A stretch of 64,000 bases of DNA, taken from an uncultured Planctomycetota bacterium (lineage in GTDB: Bacteria > Planctomycetota > Planctomycetia > Gemmatales > Gemmataceae). Location: contig CAWKHF010000005.1 in the NCBI GenBank assembly GCA_963849325.1, positions 192,001-256,000 of the forward strand, read 5' to 3'. This document shows, piece after piece, positions 22,332-32,784 of the stretch; the first letter of the stretch is position 1; each line of letters starts with the position of its first letter. The translations under genes and the position numbers were made by a program. The notes under the pieces are model-generated. The model ran no database searches. It saw only the letters and a program-made list of their open reading frames with translations, and was not told where the DNA came from.

Positions 22332-23114
22332 ATGCGCAACGAGAGCGGCGGAGTCGGTCTGTTCGCCGGATGGGAGGCATTCGCCAACGGCATCGGCTTC
22401 CTCGTCGTCACGCCGCGCGTATGGGGTTATGCGCTGGTGCCGGTGACGATGCTGCTGCTGCTGTGTTGCGGCCTGTTCGGACTGGCCGTCTGGGGATCGA
22501 ATTGGCTGAGCGCATCCGTGTTCGGTCCCGACCCCGGCACGTGGGGGCGCGTCGGCTACTGGAGCATGACGATCGCCCTCTGGCTGGTGGGTCTCGTGGT
22601 GGCGGTGTTGCTGGCCCTGAGCCTGGCGCAGCCCTTGTCCGGCTGGGCCTTGGAGTCCATCTCGCACGCTCAGGAGGTCGCCCTGACCGGCACCGCCGCG
22701 CCGACGACGTCGTTTCTCGCCAATCTTCTCAGCACCGCCAAGGCCGTCGTCATCGCCCTGCTGGTAGGCGGGACGCTACTGGCGATCCTTTTTGTCATCA
22801 ACTTCTTCTTTCCACCGGCGATGATCGTCACGGTGCCGTTGAAGCTGATCGTCTGCGGCTGGATGCTGGCGTGGGACTTCCTCGATTATCCGTTGGCCAT
22901 GCGCGGCGTCGGGTTGGAGGGACGGTTCGCGTGGGTCGGGCGCAATTTCGGCGCCTTCACGCTGTTCGGCCTGCTGTGGGCGCTGCTGGTCGTGGTGCCG
23001 GGCGTGGTGCTGCTGGTGCTGCCGGCGGGCGTCGCCGGCGCCACGCGCCTCGTCGTGGCCGACGAGCGCCTCCGCCGCAATCCGCGCCATGCCGTTGACG
23101 TTCTTCCCGTTTAA
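22332..23114 (+). CDS. EI24/CysZ-like membrane protein
   Basis: GIGFLVVTPRVWGYALVP, several TM segments, LAWDFLDYPLAMRG, PAGVAGATRL. Confidence 0.8.
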   Translation: MRNESGGVGLFAGWEAFANGIGFLVVTPRVWGYALVPVTMLLLLCCGLFGLAVWGSNWLSASVFGPDPGTWGRVGYWSMTIALWLVGLVVAVLLALSLAQPLSGWALESISHAQEVALTGTAAPTTSFLANLLSTAKAVVIALLVGGTLLAILFVINFFFPPAMIVTVPLKLIVCGWMLAWDFLDYPLAMRGVGLEGRFAWVGRNFGAFTLFGLLWALLVVVPGVVLLVLPAGVAGATRLVVADERLRRNPRHAVDVLPV

Positions 23115-23214
23115 GAGGCACTAACAAAAAGGCGAACGGCCGGCGTCAGTCGGCTGGTTGCAGCCTTATACCAGCCGGCTGACGCCGGCCGTTCGCCCAT
23201 AAAGTTAGTGGCTC
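23115..23214. mobile_element. 100-bp MITE-like element with 11-bp TIRs and TAA duplication, carrying REP family B hairpin
   Basis: TAA-GAGGCACTAAC...GTTAGTGGCTC-TAA (TIRs match 10/11). Confidence 0.7.
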
Positions 23215-23230
23215 TAACTGCGCGTCGCGG

Positions 23231-23691
23231 CTAAACGGAGGGACTTCCGTCCAGCAGTTGAACCAACTTCTGCCGGCGGTACTCGAAGATCCACTTCAGC
23301 TCGCGCTCGACGGCGGCGGCGGTGACGACGAAGCCGAGCAGGCCGCCGGGCGTCTCGAAGTCGATGCGATCCGTCACGCGCGTACCGCCGTCGGCCAGCG
23401 CCTCGAAGCGATGCGTGTGCATCCACTTCTTGAACGGCCCTTCGCGCTGCTCATCGACGAAGTGATGCTCCGGCTCCCAGACCGTCACCTCGCTGACCAA
23501 CCGCTGCGACAGGCCCCAGCGTCGGCCTTGCAGCGTGACGCGAGCGCCCAACCGCAGCTGCTCGGGGCGCTGACGAGCTGGGCGTGCAGTTCCGGGGGAG
23601 ATATTTTCAGCAGGTTGGCGGGGCGGCTGAAGAAGTCGAAGACGCGCCCCAGAGGGGCGGGCAGGTCCTCGATCATCTCGAAACGCGGCAT
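23231..23691 (-). CDS. SRPBCC family protein (frameshifted)
   Basis: VFDFFSRPANLLKISPP, FVDEQREGPFKKWMHTHRF, IFEYRRQKL. Confidence 0.88.
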
Positions 23692-23786
23692 GACAGCGGT
23701 TCCTCGCGGGCCGGATGGACCTTGGCAAATGCGAATAGATTCATTGTAATTGACGGGGAGGGGGAATTTCCAAAGGAGTTGTGCCC

Positions 23787-24053
23787 ATGCGTTTGGAAGA
23801 TCTGCAAGATGTTCTGCGGCAAAGGCCTTTCCGACCCTTCCGTCTGGTGGTGAGCAGCGGTTCCGCCTTCGAGGTGCGGCACCCGGAGCTGTGCCTTCCG
23901 GGCCGTCGTTCCGTATTCGTCGGCGTGCCGGCTCCGGGCGAAGTTGAACCCGTCTACGACCGCTTTGCCATCCTGGATTTGGCCCACGTCACTCATGTTG
24001 AACCGCTCGAACCGCCCACAGCTTCCGCTCCCGGCACGGCCGCCAGCGGTTGA
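23787..24053 (+). CDS. Small conserved planctomycete-type hypothetical protein
   Basis: LRQRPFRPFRLVVSSGSAFEVRHPE..LAHVTHVEPL; SD aaggag. Confidence 0.75.
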   Translation: MRLEDLQDVLRQRPFRPFRLVVSSGSAFEVRHPELCLPGRRSVFVGVPAPGEVEPVYDRFAILDLAHVTHVEPLEPPTASAPGTAASG

Positions 24054-24058
24054 TATTC

Positions 24059-25027
24059 ATGCTTTTGGACACCTTTCCCCAGGTATTGATTCTCACCGGC
24101 CCGACCGGCTCCGGCAAGAGCGGCCTGGCCCTGGAGTTGGCCGGCCGGCTCGGCGCCGAGATCGTGTCGATGGATTCGATGGCGCTGTACCGCGGCATGG
24201 ACATCGGCACGGCCAAGCCGACGCCGGAGGAGCGCCGCCGTGTGCCGCACCACCTGATCGACGTGCTCGAACCGTGGGAGTCGGCCAGCGTCGCCTGGTG
24301 GCTGGAGCGCGCCGTCGCCTGCTGCCGCGACATCACCGGCCGCGGCAAGCGCCCCCTCTTCGTCGGCGGGACGCCTCTGTATCTGAAGGCGCTGCTGTAC
24401 GGCCTGTTCGAGGGTCCGCCCGCCGACGAGGCGATGCGCCGCCGCCTGGAGGAGGAGGCCGCCACGACCGGCGGGCCGTCCCTGCACGCCCGCCTCGCCG
24501 CCGTCGATCCCGTCAGCGCCGCCCGCCTGCATCCCAACGACGTGCGCCGCGTCATCCGCGCCCTCGAAGTCTGGGAGCTGACCGGCCGGCCCATCAGTGC
24601 CTGGCAAACGCAGTGGAACAGTGGCGAGTGGCTAGTGGCCAGTGGCGAGGGAAGAAGAAGTCTCTTCCCTCGCCACTGGCCACTAACCACTAACCACTGT
24701 TTATGGCTGGATCTGCCTCGTCCCGGAGCTGTACGCGCGGATCGATGCCCGCGTCGAGCGGATGATCGCCGCAGGGCTGGTGGACGAGGTGCGGGCGCTG
24801 CGGCGGTTGGAGCGCCCCTCAGCCGCGAGGCGGCGCAGGCGCTGGGCTACAAGGAGATGTTCGATTACCTCGACGGCCGGGCCGAACTGCACGAGACAGT
24901 TCGCCGCATCCAGACGCGCAGTCGTAACTTCGCCAAGCGGCAAATCACCTGGTTTCGCCATCTGCCGGCCTGCCGGCCGATCAGTCCCGAATTGACATTT
25001 GCCGCCTGGAGCTTGACAATGCTATAA
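24059..25027 (+). CDS. miaA: tRNA dimethylallyltransferase (frameshifted)
   Basis: LTGPTGSGKS, DSMALYRGMDIGTAKP, VPHHLID, VGGTPLY, RVIRALEV, QALGYKE, FAKRQITWF. Confidence 0.95.
   Translation: MLLDTFPQVLILTGPTGSGKSGLALELAGRLGAEIVSMDSMALYRGMDIGTAKPTPEERRRVPHHLIDVLEPWESASVAWWLERAVACCRDITGRGKRPLFVGGTPLYLKALLYGLFEGPPADEAMRRRLEEEAATTGGPSLHARLAAVDPVSAARLHPNDVRRVIRALEVWELTGRPISAWQTQWNSGEWLVASGEGRRSLFPRHWPLTTNHCLWLDLPRPGAVRADRCPRRADDRRRAGGRGAGAAAVGAPLSREAAQALGYKEMFDYLDGRAELHETVRRIQTRSRNFAKRQITWFRHLPACRPISPELTFAAWSLTML
24618..24700. repeat. Heptamer-based (AGTGGYN) 38-bp-arm hairpin inside miaA
   Basis: acagtggcgagtggctagtggccagtggcgagggaaga ... tcttccctcgccactggccactaaccactaaccactgt. Confidence 0.85.
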
Positions 25028-25096
25028 GTCGTGCAGCGAGCGTTGCGTCCTTCGTCGGGTTGTCGAGAGCGGCGTGCGTCGTGGAGGATCGTAGCC

Positions 25097-25815
25097 ATGC
25101 CGGTCGTGACGTTTCAAATCCTCGAAGGAATCGACAAGGGCCGCATCTTCCGCGAATTGCCCACGCCCGTCACCATCGGCCGCGAGGAAGGCAACAGCCT
25201 GCGCCTCAACGACGAGCGCGTCAGCCGCTTTCACGCCAAGGTCCAGTACGACAACGGCGAGATCATCCTGACCGACCTGGAAAGCACCAACGGCACGCGC
25301 GTCAACGGCAACGTCGTGCAGATCCGCCGGCTGCGCCCCGGCGACCGCATCGGCGTCGGCCGATCGCTGCTGCTGTTCGGCTCGCCGCAGGAGATCGAGG
25401 CGCGCAACGCCGCCCTGACCGGCCTCAGCACGCCCACGGCCGGCGACGCCGACCGCCGACCCGTTGCCGGCCACCGTCCAGGCCCAGACCCTCGCCGCGC
25501 AGTTCGACCACGACATCGATTTCGACCTCAACCTGCAGCGAGAAGATCACGGTGACGGCCGGCGCGCTGTTCCTGGGCAATCGGCCGTTGCCGCCGTTGC
25601 CGCAGAAAATGACGCCCTCGCAGGCCGCCCGCCTGGCCGAACTGCTCGACTTCCTGCACCGCCATCTGACCCTGGCCACCGAGAACATCAGCGCCAACGA
25701 GGACGGCACCCACGTCACCCTCCGTTACGCCGACTGGCAGCGCGTGCTGGCCGTGCAGATGGTGCTGGCCCGCTACGTCCGCGCCGTCGCCGAGCCGGAC
25801 GCGCTCGAGGAATGA
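25097..25815 (+). CDS. FHA domain protein (frameshifted)
   Basis: VTIGREEGN..VSRFHAK..DLESTNGTRVNG..LRPGDRIGVG. Confidence 0.9.
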
Positions 25816-25976
25816 TCTCAAGTCTGACCGCAGCCCTCCACACGAAGAACGAGGAGAGACGGTGCGCGGACGCTACTGTGCTTGTGCGCGCCGGGGTCCG
25901 CGATTTATGGTGCAGGAGCCGCTGGCGGCGTAGCGCAGAAGCGCTGAAGCCGCCAGCGGCCTGAGAGGATCGTCGT

Positions 25977-28900
25977 ATGCCGCAAAGTCCGTTCGTTCAT
26001 CTGCACTGCCACAGTCACTACAGCCTGCTCGACGGCGCCAACCGCGTGCCGGAACTGGTGGCCCACGTCAAGAAGCTGGGCATGAACGCCTGCGCCATCA
26101 CCGACCACGGCAACCTGTTCGGCGCCATCGAGTTTTATCAGGAATGCAAGGCCGCCGGCATCAATCCGATCATCGGCTACGAGGCCTACGTCGCCCCCGG
26201 CAAGCGCACCGAGCGCGAGGCCAAGAAACGCGGCGAGGCCGGCTATCACCTGACGCTGCTGGCCAAGAACGCCACCGGCTTCAGCAACCTCATCAAGATG
26301 GCCAGCGTCGCCTACCTGGAGGGCTACTACTACATCCCGCGCATCGACAAGGAACTGCTCGTCGATCATCACGAAGGACTGATCTGTCTGTCCGGCTGCG
26401 CCAGCTCCGAGTTCAGCGAATGGATCCTCAAGGACCAGATGGACGAGGCCGAGAAGGTCTGCGCCTGGTTCGCCAAACTGTTCGGCAAGGACTTTTACGT
26501 CGAGGTGCAGAACAACGGCATCGACGTGCAACGCCTGTGCGCGCAGGGGGCCATCGACATCGCCAACAAGCTCGGTCTGCCGCTGGTCGCCACCTCCGAC
26601 GCCCACTATCTGACGCGCGACGACGCTCCCGCCCATGACGTGCTGCTGTGCATCAACACCGGCAAGACGCTGAACGATCCCAACCGCCTGCGCTACGGCA
26701 ACGGCGATGGCCGCATGATCGATCAGTTCTACGTCTGCGCGCCCGACGAGATGTATCGCCGCTTTCCCCGACCTGCCGGACGCCGTCCGCCGCAGTCAGG
26801 AGATCGCCGACGGCGTGGACATTCAGCTCAACTTGAAGGCCCGCCATTTCCCGGTGTTCACGCCGCCCGCGGGCAAGAAGCCGGAGGAGTACCTGCGCGA
26901 GCTGTGCGAGAACGGCCTGCGCGAGCGCTACGGCGACAATCCGCCGCCGGCGGTGCGCGAGCGGCTGGAACACGAGCTGGGCATCATCTGCCGCATGGGC
27001 TTCGCCAGCTATTTCCTCATCGTCTGGGACTTCGTCAACTTCGCGGTCGAGAACGGCATTCCCGTGCAGTGCCCGCGGCTCCGGCTGCGGAGCACTGGTC
27101 AGCTACGTCCTGAAACTCAGCCACGTCGATCCGCTGGAGTACGATTTGCTGTTCGAGCGCTTCCTCGACCCCAACCGCTCCGAGGCACCCGACATCGACA
27201 TCGACTTTTGCCAGGATCGCCGCGAGGAAGTGATCGCCTACGTCAAGCGCAAGTACGGCGAGGAGAGCGTGGCGCAGATCGGCACCTTCGGCACGATGGC
27301 CGCCCGCGCCGCCATCAAGGACGTGGGCCGCGTCCTCGACGTGCCGCTGGATCGCGTCAACCAGCTGACGAACATGGTCCCCAAGACGCTGGGCATCACG
27401 CTCGACGAGGCGCTGCAGCAGAGCGGCGAGCTGAAGCAGGCGTACCAGTCCGACCCGGCGGTGCGCGAGCTGATCGACATCGCCCGGAAGCTGGAGGGCA
27501 CCAACCGCAACGCCGGCACCCACGCCGCCGGCGTCGTCATCGCCAACGGCCCGCTGAGCGATTACGTGCCGCTGCAGCGCGTCGTCCGCAAGGGCGAGGA
27601 CGCCGGCTCGCGCAGCGGCGAGGCCGTCGTCACGACGCAATGGGTCATGGGCGACCTGGAAAAGGTCGGCCTGCTCAAGATGGACTTTCTGGGTCTGCGC
27701 ACGTCTGACATTGCTGGACAAGGCGGTGCGGCTGATCGAGAAGACGCGCGGCGAAAAGATCGACGTGTACAAGCTGCCGCTGGACGACCCGGAGACGTAT
27801 CAGCTGTTGCAGCGCGGCGACGCCAAGGGCGTGTTCCAGTTCGAGTCCGACGGCATCCGCGAATTGCTCAAGCGGCTGCAGCCGGACAACATCCGCGACA
27901 TCATCGCCTGCACGGCGCTGTATCGTCCCGGCCCGCTCGGCGGCGGCATGGTGGACGCCTACATCAACTGCAAGCACGGCCGCGAGAAGCCGGTCTATCC
28001 GCACCCGGTCATGGAGGAAATCCTCGGGCGAAACCTACGGCGTCATGGTCTATCAAGAACAGGTAATGCGGATCTTAAATCGGCTGGGCGGCATCGAGCT
28101 GTCCAGCGCCTACGCCTGCATCAAGGCCATCAGCAAGAAGAAGCAGGAGATCATCGACGCGCGCCGAGTGGATTTCATCAGCGGGGCGCAGGAGCGCGGC
28201 GTGAGCAAGGAGGTCGCCGAGGACATCTTCGCCAAGATCGTCTATTTCGGAGGATACGGATTCAATAAGTCTCACTCTTGCGCCTACGCCTACGTCTCCT
28301 ACCAGACCGCCTACCTGAAAACGCACTACACGCCGGAGTTCATGGCGGCGCTGTTGTCCAGCGAGATCGAGGACGGCAACAAGCGCGACATCATGGTCGA
28401 TCACATCGCCGACGCCCGCAAGATGGGCGTCGAGGTGCTGCCGCCCAACGTCAACGCCAGCGACAGCGAGTTCACCGTGTACGACGGCAAGATCGTCTTC
28501 GGTCTGACGGCCATCAAGGGCGTCGGCCGCAGCTCCTCCGAGGAGATCGCCCGTGCCCGCGGCGAGGGCGGGCGCTTCAAGGACCTGTTCGACTTCTGCG
28601 AGCGCGTCGATGCCAAGGTCGTCAACAAGGCCACGATCGAGCGGCTCATCAAGGCGGGCGCGTTCGATCGCTTCGGCGGCCACCGGGCGCAGCTGACGGC
28701 ACGTGCTGCCGCGCGCCATGCAGGCGGCCGCCGATCGGCAGAACGACAAGCGGCTCGGCCAGCGCAACCTGTTCGACGTCCGCCGCCGGCGGAATCGGCC
28801 GCCGTCGTCAGCCGAGTCGAGGGAGACGCTGCCGGACGTGCCGCCGTGGTCGGAGACCGAGAAGCTGAAGTACGAGAAGGAAGTGCTCGACTTCTACCTG

Positions 28901-29499
28901 TCCAGCCATCCCGCTGGCCCAGAACGAGAAGGTGCTGCGCCGCTTCGCCAGCCACACCGCCGAGGAGATGAAGCACGCTGCCGGCCGATCAGGAAGTGAC
29001 GCTCGGCGGCATGTTCGCGCAGATCGCCTTGAAGAACACCCAGAAGGCGCGCAACGGCAACAGTCGTTATTTGCTGGCCCGCATCGAGGACATGACCGGC
29101 TCGGCCAAGTGCGTCATGTGGCCGGACGATTTCGCTCGCTTCAAGGAGGAGGTGCGCGACGATCAGCCTTACATCATCAAGGGCACGGTCGATCGCCGCC
29201 GCGAGGAGCCGACGCTGGTCATCAACCGCATTTTGACGCTGGAACAGGCGCAGCGCGAACTGGCCGCGGGCTGTACCTGCTGCTGCGGCTGGGGCGCAAT
29301 CAGCCGGAGGACATCGATCGCCTCGGAGCCGTGCTGCGGCAGGCGCCGGGGCCGTGCCCGGTGTTCCTGACGATCAAGGACGGGGCGGACAAGTTCTGCG
29401 TACTGAAGCTTGGCCGCGACTTCGCCATCAACCCCACGAACGTTCCCGCAGGAGGAACTGGAGGCGATTCTGGGACCGAACAGCGTGCGGCTGATGTGA
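25977..29499 (+). CDS. dnaE: DNA polymerase III alpha subunit (frameshifted)
   Basis: FVHLHCHSHYSLLDG, ITDHGN, FERFLDPNR..PDIDIDF, THAAGVVI, KMDFLGL, ALYRPGP, YGFNKSHS. Confidence 0.97.
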
Positions 29500-29533
29500 G
29501 GCGACGGGGGCGGTATCATGTTCCCCCACTCAT

Positions 29534-29580
29534 CCGGAGCGCTAGCGACAGGTTGCAAGAACCCGTCGCGGACGCTCCGG
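29534..29580. repeat. REP-like family E doublet (also 40133-40189; singles 1081-1105, 49875-49900, 59105-59130)
   Basis: ccggagcgc[ct]agcgac[ag]ggtt ... aacccgtcgcggacgctccgg. Confidence 0.8.
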
Positions 29581-29600
29581 GCGAGTGGTTTGGAAATGGT

Positions 29601-30942
29601 CTACTTGGGCGGGTTGACTTTTTCCTTGAGGCGCTCCAGGTCGATCTCCGCCTCCAGCCGGTTCAAGGTGGCATCCTGCACGATTTCCTCCGATGCCGCC
29701 CCGGTTTGATGGAGTCGGCGAACACGATCCTCCATCTCCTTCCACAAATCGACGATCTTCTTTTGCACGGCGACTCGCTCTTTGTCCGTCTCGCACAATT
29801 CCAGTTCCGCCTTGAGAACGCGGATCTCCGCCTGCCGCACGATCTCCGGACCTGCGGTCCCCATCTGTAGCCGCCGTCGCGCTCTCACCGCCCCGGCCCG
29901 CAGGATGTCCAGCCGTTCCTTCAGCAGGGCCCGAACCCTCGACTCTTTCGGCGCCGGAGCCGAGTCCGTCCCCTTTTTTTCTGTGGGTCCATGAGCCGAT
30001 TGCCTGTCCTCCTTCGGCCTAGGCGGAGGCGCCTTTTCCTCCCCGCTCGCCTTCGGCTTGGGCGTCAGGGCATGCGTCGAGACGGCCGCGCCGGCGAAGA
30101 CGAAGCCCGCCGTCAGGACACCCAGGGTCGCCAGTTTCAGTTTGTTCAGCAACATGGCTTTCAACACTCCTTCCGTCAAGGCGGCGACCGGAGCGGAAAT
30201 CACTCCGCCGGCCGCCGCCGGACCCGCGAGAACGATCATTGCACTTTGGACCGTGGACGAGACGAGCGGGGCCGGCACACACGCCGGCGCCGCCTTCTGG
30301 GTCAGGACCGTTGCCAGGACCGCGCCGGGCAGGACCAGGCCGCGCCGGCTCAGCCGTCCGGCCAGCTTCGCCCGTGCTCGGGTCAGTCGGCTCGACAGCG
30401 TCCCCTCGGGCAGACGCAGTTGTTGGGCCGCGTCCTTGCGCGATTTGCCCTCCAGGTCGCACAGGACGATGGGCAGCCGGTACTTCTCGGCCAGCCGGCT
30501 CAGCTCCCGATCGAGCAGGGGTTGCAAGTCATGCCACGGGGTTTCCTGCGACGCCGCTTCCGGCTCGGGCATGTGCCGTCATCTGCCTCTCCCGCGAGGC
30601 CCGCCTGGCATTGATCGCCCGCGCCTTGAGCGCCGTGTTGTGGGCCACGCCGTAGAGCCAGTTGGCGACCGTCGCGCGCGATTGGATCGAGGCGGCCTTG
30701 CGGACGAGGACGAGAAACGTCGCCTGGAAAGCGTCCTCGGCGTCCGCCAGTGTTCGCAACACCCGACGGCAGACGCCGAGGACCATCGGGCCGTGACGCC
30801 GGACCAGCGCCTCGAACGCGACTTCGTCCCGATGCTCGAGGAAGCACGTCAACAGTTGTTCGTCCGACAGGCTGGCCGCCTCCCCCGCCAGGACCACGCG
30901 GCGAAGATGGTCGATGACCCGCTTGCCCTGGCTCGCCGTCAT
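29601..30942 (-). CDS. ECF sigma-70 factor with TM segment and C-terminal extracytoplasmic extension (frameshifted)
   Basis: SDEQLL..AFEALVRRHGPMVLGVCRRVL..DAEDAFQATFLVLVRKA, YRLPIVLCDLEGKS, GTLSSRLTRAR, LTEGVLKAM+TM. Confidence 0.92.
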
Positions 30943-31066
30943 GTCGCGCTCTCCTTCACGGACCTCGATCCGCCTCTATCGATTACTTCCCGGTCGGGAC
31001 GCCTTTCATCCCTTTTTTTCGCCGAAAAATGGCGCAGAAGTGGACCCTGTTGGCGCGGATGTTGGG

Positions 31067-31137
31067 CGTAGGGTGGGCCGAGCTTGCGAGGCCCACCAGC
31101 GAGCGTGGTGGGCCTCGCAAGCTCGGCCCACCCTACG
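31067..31137. repeat. GTAG-type REP doublet (REPIN-like)
   Basis: Perfect 32-bp arms cgtagggtgggccgagcttgcgaggcccacca and reverse complement. Confidence 0.85.
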
Positions 31138-31155
31138 TCCCATGCCGCCAGCCGT

Positions 31156-31893
31156 TCAATCTAGGCCAAAAAACGCCGGCACGCCGATACGAAAGATCAT
31201 GGCGATGGAGCGCACCGCTTCGCGGACGTTGACCTTGGACTTGCCGGCACGGCGGTTCTCGAAGATGATGGGCGTCTCGCCGATCTTGCCGCCGGCGCGG
31301 CGGCAGCGATACAGCACTTCTTGCTGGAACGAGTAGCCGCGCGAGCGGACTTGCTCCAACCGCGCTTCGCGCAGCTTGGCGACGCGGTAACAGCGATAAC
31401 CGCCGCTGCAATCGCGCGCCGGGATGCGCATGAGCACGCCAACCAGGGTATTGATGCCTCGGCTCATCAGCCGACGGCGGAGCGGCCAATTCTCGCTGCC
31501 GCCGCCGGGAACGTAGCGCGAGCCGATCATAACGTCGTGCTGCTCCATGCCGGCCAACAGCGCCGGCAGGTAGCGCGGATGATGGCTGAAGTCGGCGTCC
31601 ATGTTGACGAACAGGTCGTAGTCGTGCTCCAGGGCGTAGCGCATGCCGTCGAGGATGGCGGTGCCCAGGCCGAGCTTGCCCGGCCGATGCAGCACGTGCA
31701 GGCGTGGGTTGTCGGCCGCCAGCTCGTCGGCCAACCGGCCGGTGCCGTCGGGCGAGTTGTCGTCGATGACCAGCAATTCCGCCGAGGGAACGGTCTTGTG
31801 GATCTCCGCCAGCAGCGGCGCCAGGTTGTCGCGCTCGTTGTAGGTGGCGAGGGATACCAGGATGCGGGGAGGCGCGGCGGACGGCACGACCAC
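31156..31893 (-). CDS. Polyprenol-phosphate mannose synthase-like GT2
   Basis: TYNERDNL, IDDNSPDGTG, GKLGLGTA, MDADFSH, IGSRYVPGG, GYSFQ. Confidence 0.92.
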   Translation of the reverse strand: MVVPSAAPPRILVSLATYNERDNLAPLLAEIHKTVPSAELLVIDDNSPDGTGRLADELAADNPRLHVLHRPGKLGLGTAILDGMRYALEHDYDLFVNMDADFSHHPRYLPALLAGMEQHDVMIGSRYVPGGGSENWPLRRRLMSRGINTLVGVLMRIPARDCSGGYRCYRVAKLREARLEQVRSRGYSFQQEVLYRCRRAGGKIGETPIIFENRRAGKSKVNVREAVRSIAMIFRIGVPAFFGLD

Positions 31894-32000
31894 TCCTTGA
31901 CAATTGCGGCTTGCACAATGCGTTCCAGGAATTATCCTACAAGATTAGGCATCGCCTCGGGAGACGCGGCCAGCCCATCCGCGAGGGGAGCACAACCGCA

Positions 32001-32690
32001 ATGGCCACCACCATCTCGATCGTCTGTCCGGAGTGCGGCAAGCAGGTCAAGGCTCCGGAGAACGTGCTGGGCAAGAAGGTCCGCTGCAAGTTTTGCCAGG
32101 CCGCTTTCGTCGCCAGCTCCGGAGCGTCCAAGCCACCCGCCGGCAAGTCCGGCAAGCCGGCGGCCGGCAAGTCCGGCAAGGTTACCCCACCGCCCAAGGC
32201 CGTTGCCAAGCCCGCCGACACCAAGCCGGCCAAGAAGCCGGTCATGGACGACGACGACGACGACCCCAACCCCTACGTCATGACCAACGTCAACCTGGCG
32301 CCGCGCTGCCCCAACTGCGCCAACGAGATGGAGAGCGAGGACGCCATCATCTGCCTGATTTGCGGCTACAACACCTCGACGCGCGAGCAGTTTCAGACGC
32401 GCAAGGTCCACGCCCTCACGTTCGGCGAACACTTTATGTGGCTGTTGCCGGGCATCGGCTGCGCCCTGGCCGTCTTGTCGGCGCTCGGCTTCGATGTCTG
32501 GTATCTGCTCAAAATCGACGATCTGGTAGGTCCTGTCGAAAAGGAGTTCTTCTGGGGGATATTGTCCCACGGAGGCATCAAGCTGTGGGTCGTCATCATG
32601 TCGTTGTTCGTCACCTACTTCGCGGGCAAATTCGCCATCAAACGTCTGATCCTCCATCCCAAGCCGCCCGAGGTCGAGAAGAAGAAGTGA
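32001..32690 (+). CDS. Zinc-ribbon membrane protein
   Basis: CPECGK..CKFCQ, Lys/Pro linker, CPNC..CLICG, two TM helices. Confidence 0.8.
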   Translation: MATTISIVCPECGKQVKAPENVLGKKVRCKFCQAAFVASSGASKPPAGKSGKPAAGKSGKVTPPPKAVAKPADTKPAKKPVMDDDDDDPNPYVMTNVNLAPRCPNCANEMESEDAIICLICGYNTSTREQFQTRKVHALTFGEHFMWLLPGIGCALAVLSALGFDVWYLLKIDDLVGPVEKEFFWGILSHGGIKLWVVIMSLFVTYFAGKFAIKRLILHPKPPEVEKKK

Positions 32691-32695
32691 TCGCT

Positions 32696-32762
32696 CTTCG
32701 TTTAGCCGCGACGCGCAGCGGAGCGCGACACGCGCTCCGCTGCGCGTCGCGGCTAAACGAAG
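32696..32762. repeat. REP-like family A hairpin between convergent genes
   Basis: cttcgtttagccgcgacgcgcagcggagcgcg-aca-reverse complement. Confidence 0.85.
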
Positions 32763-32784
32763 TTGGGCTCGAACAAGCGCTTGT

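Noticed and set aside
14842-24700. Diversity-generating retroelement or retron suggested by the repeats
   Set aside because: No reverse transcriptase and no TR/VR pair visible
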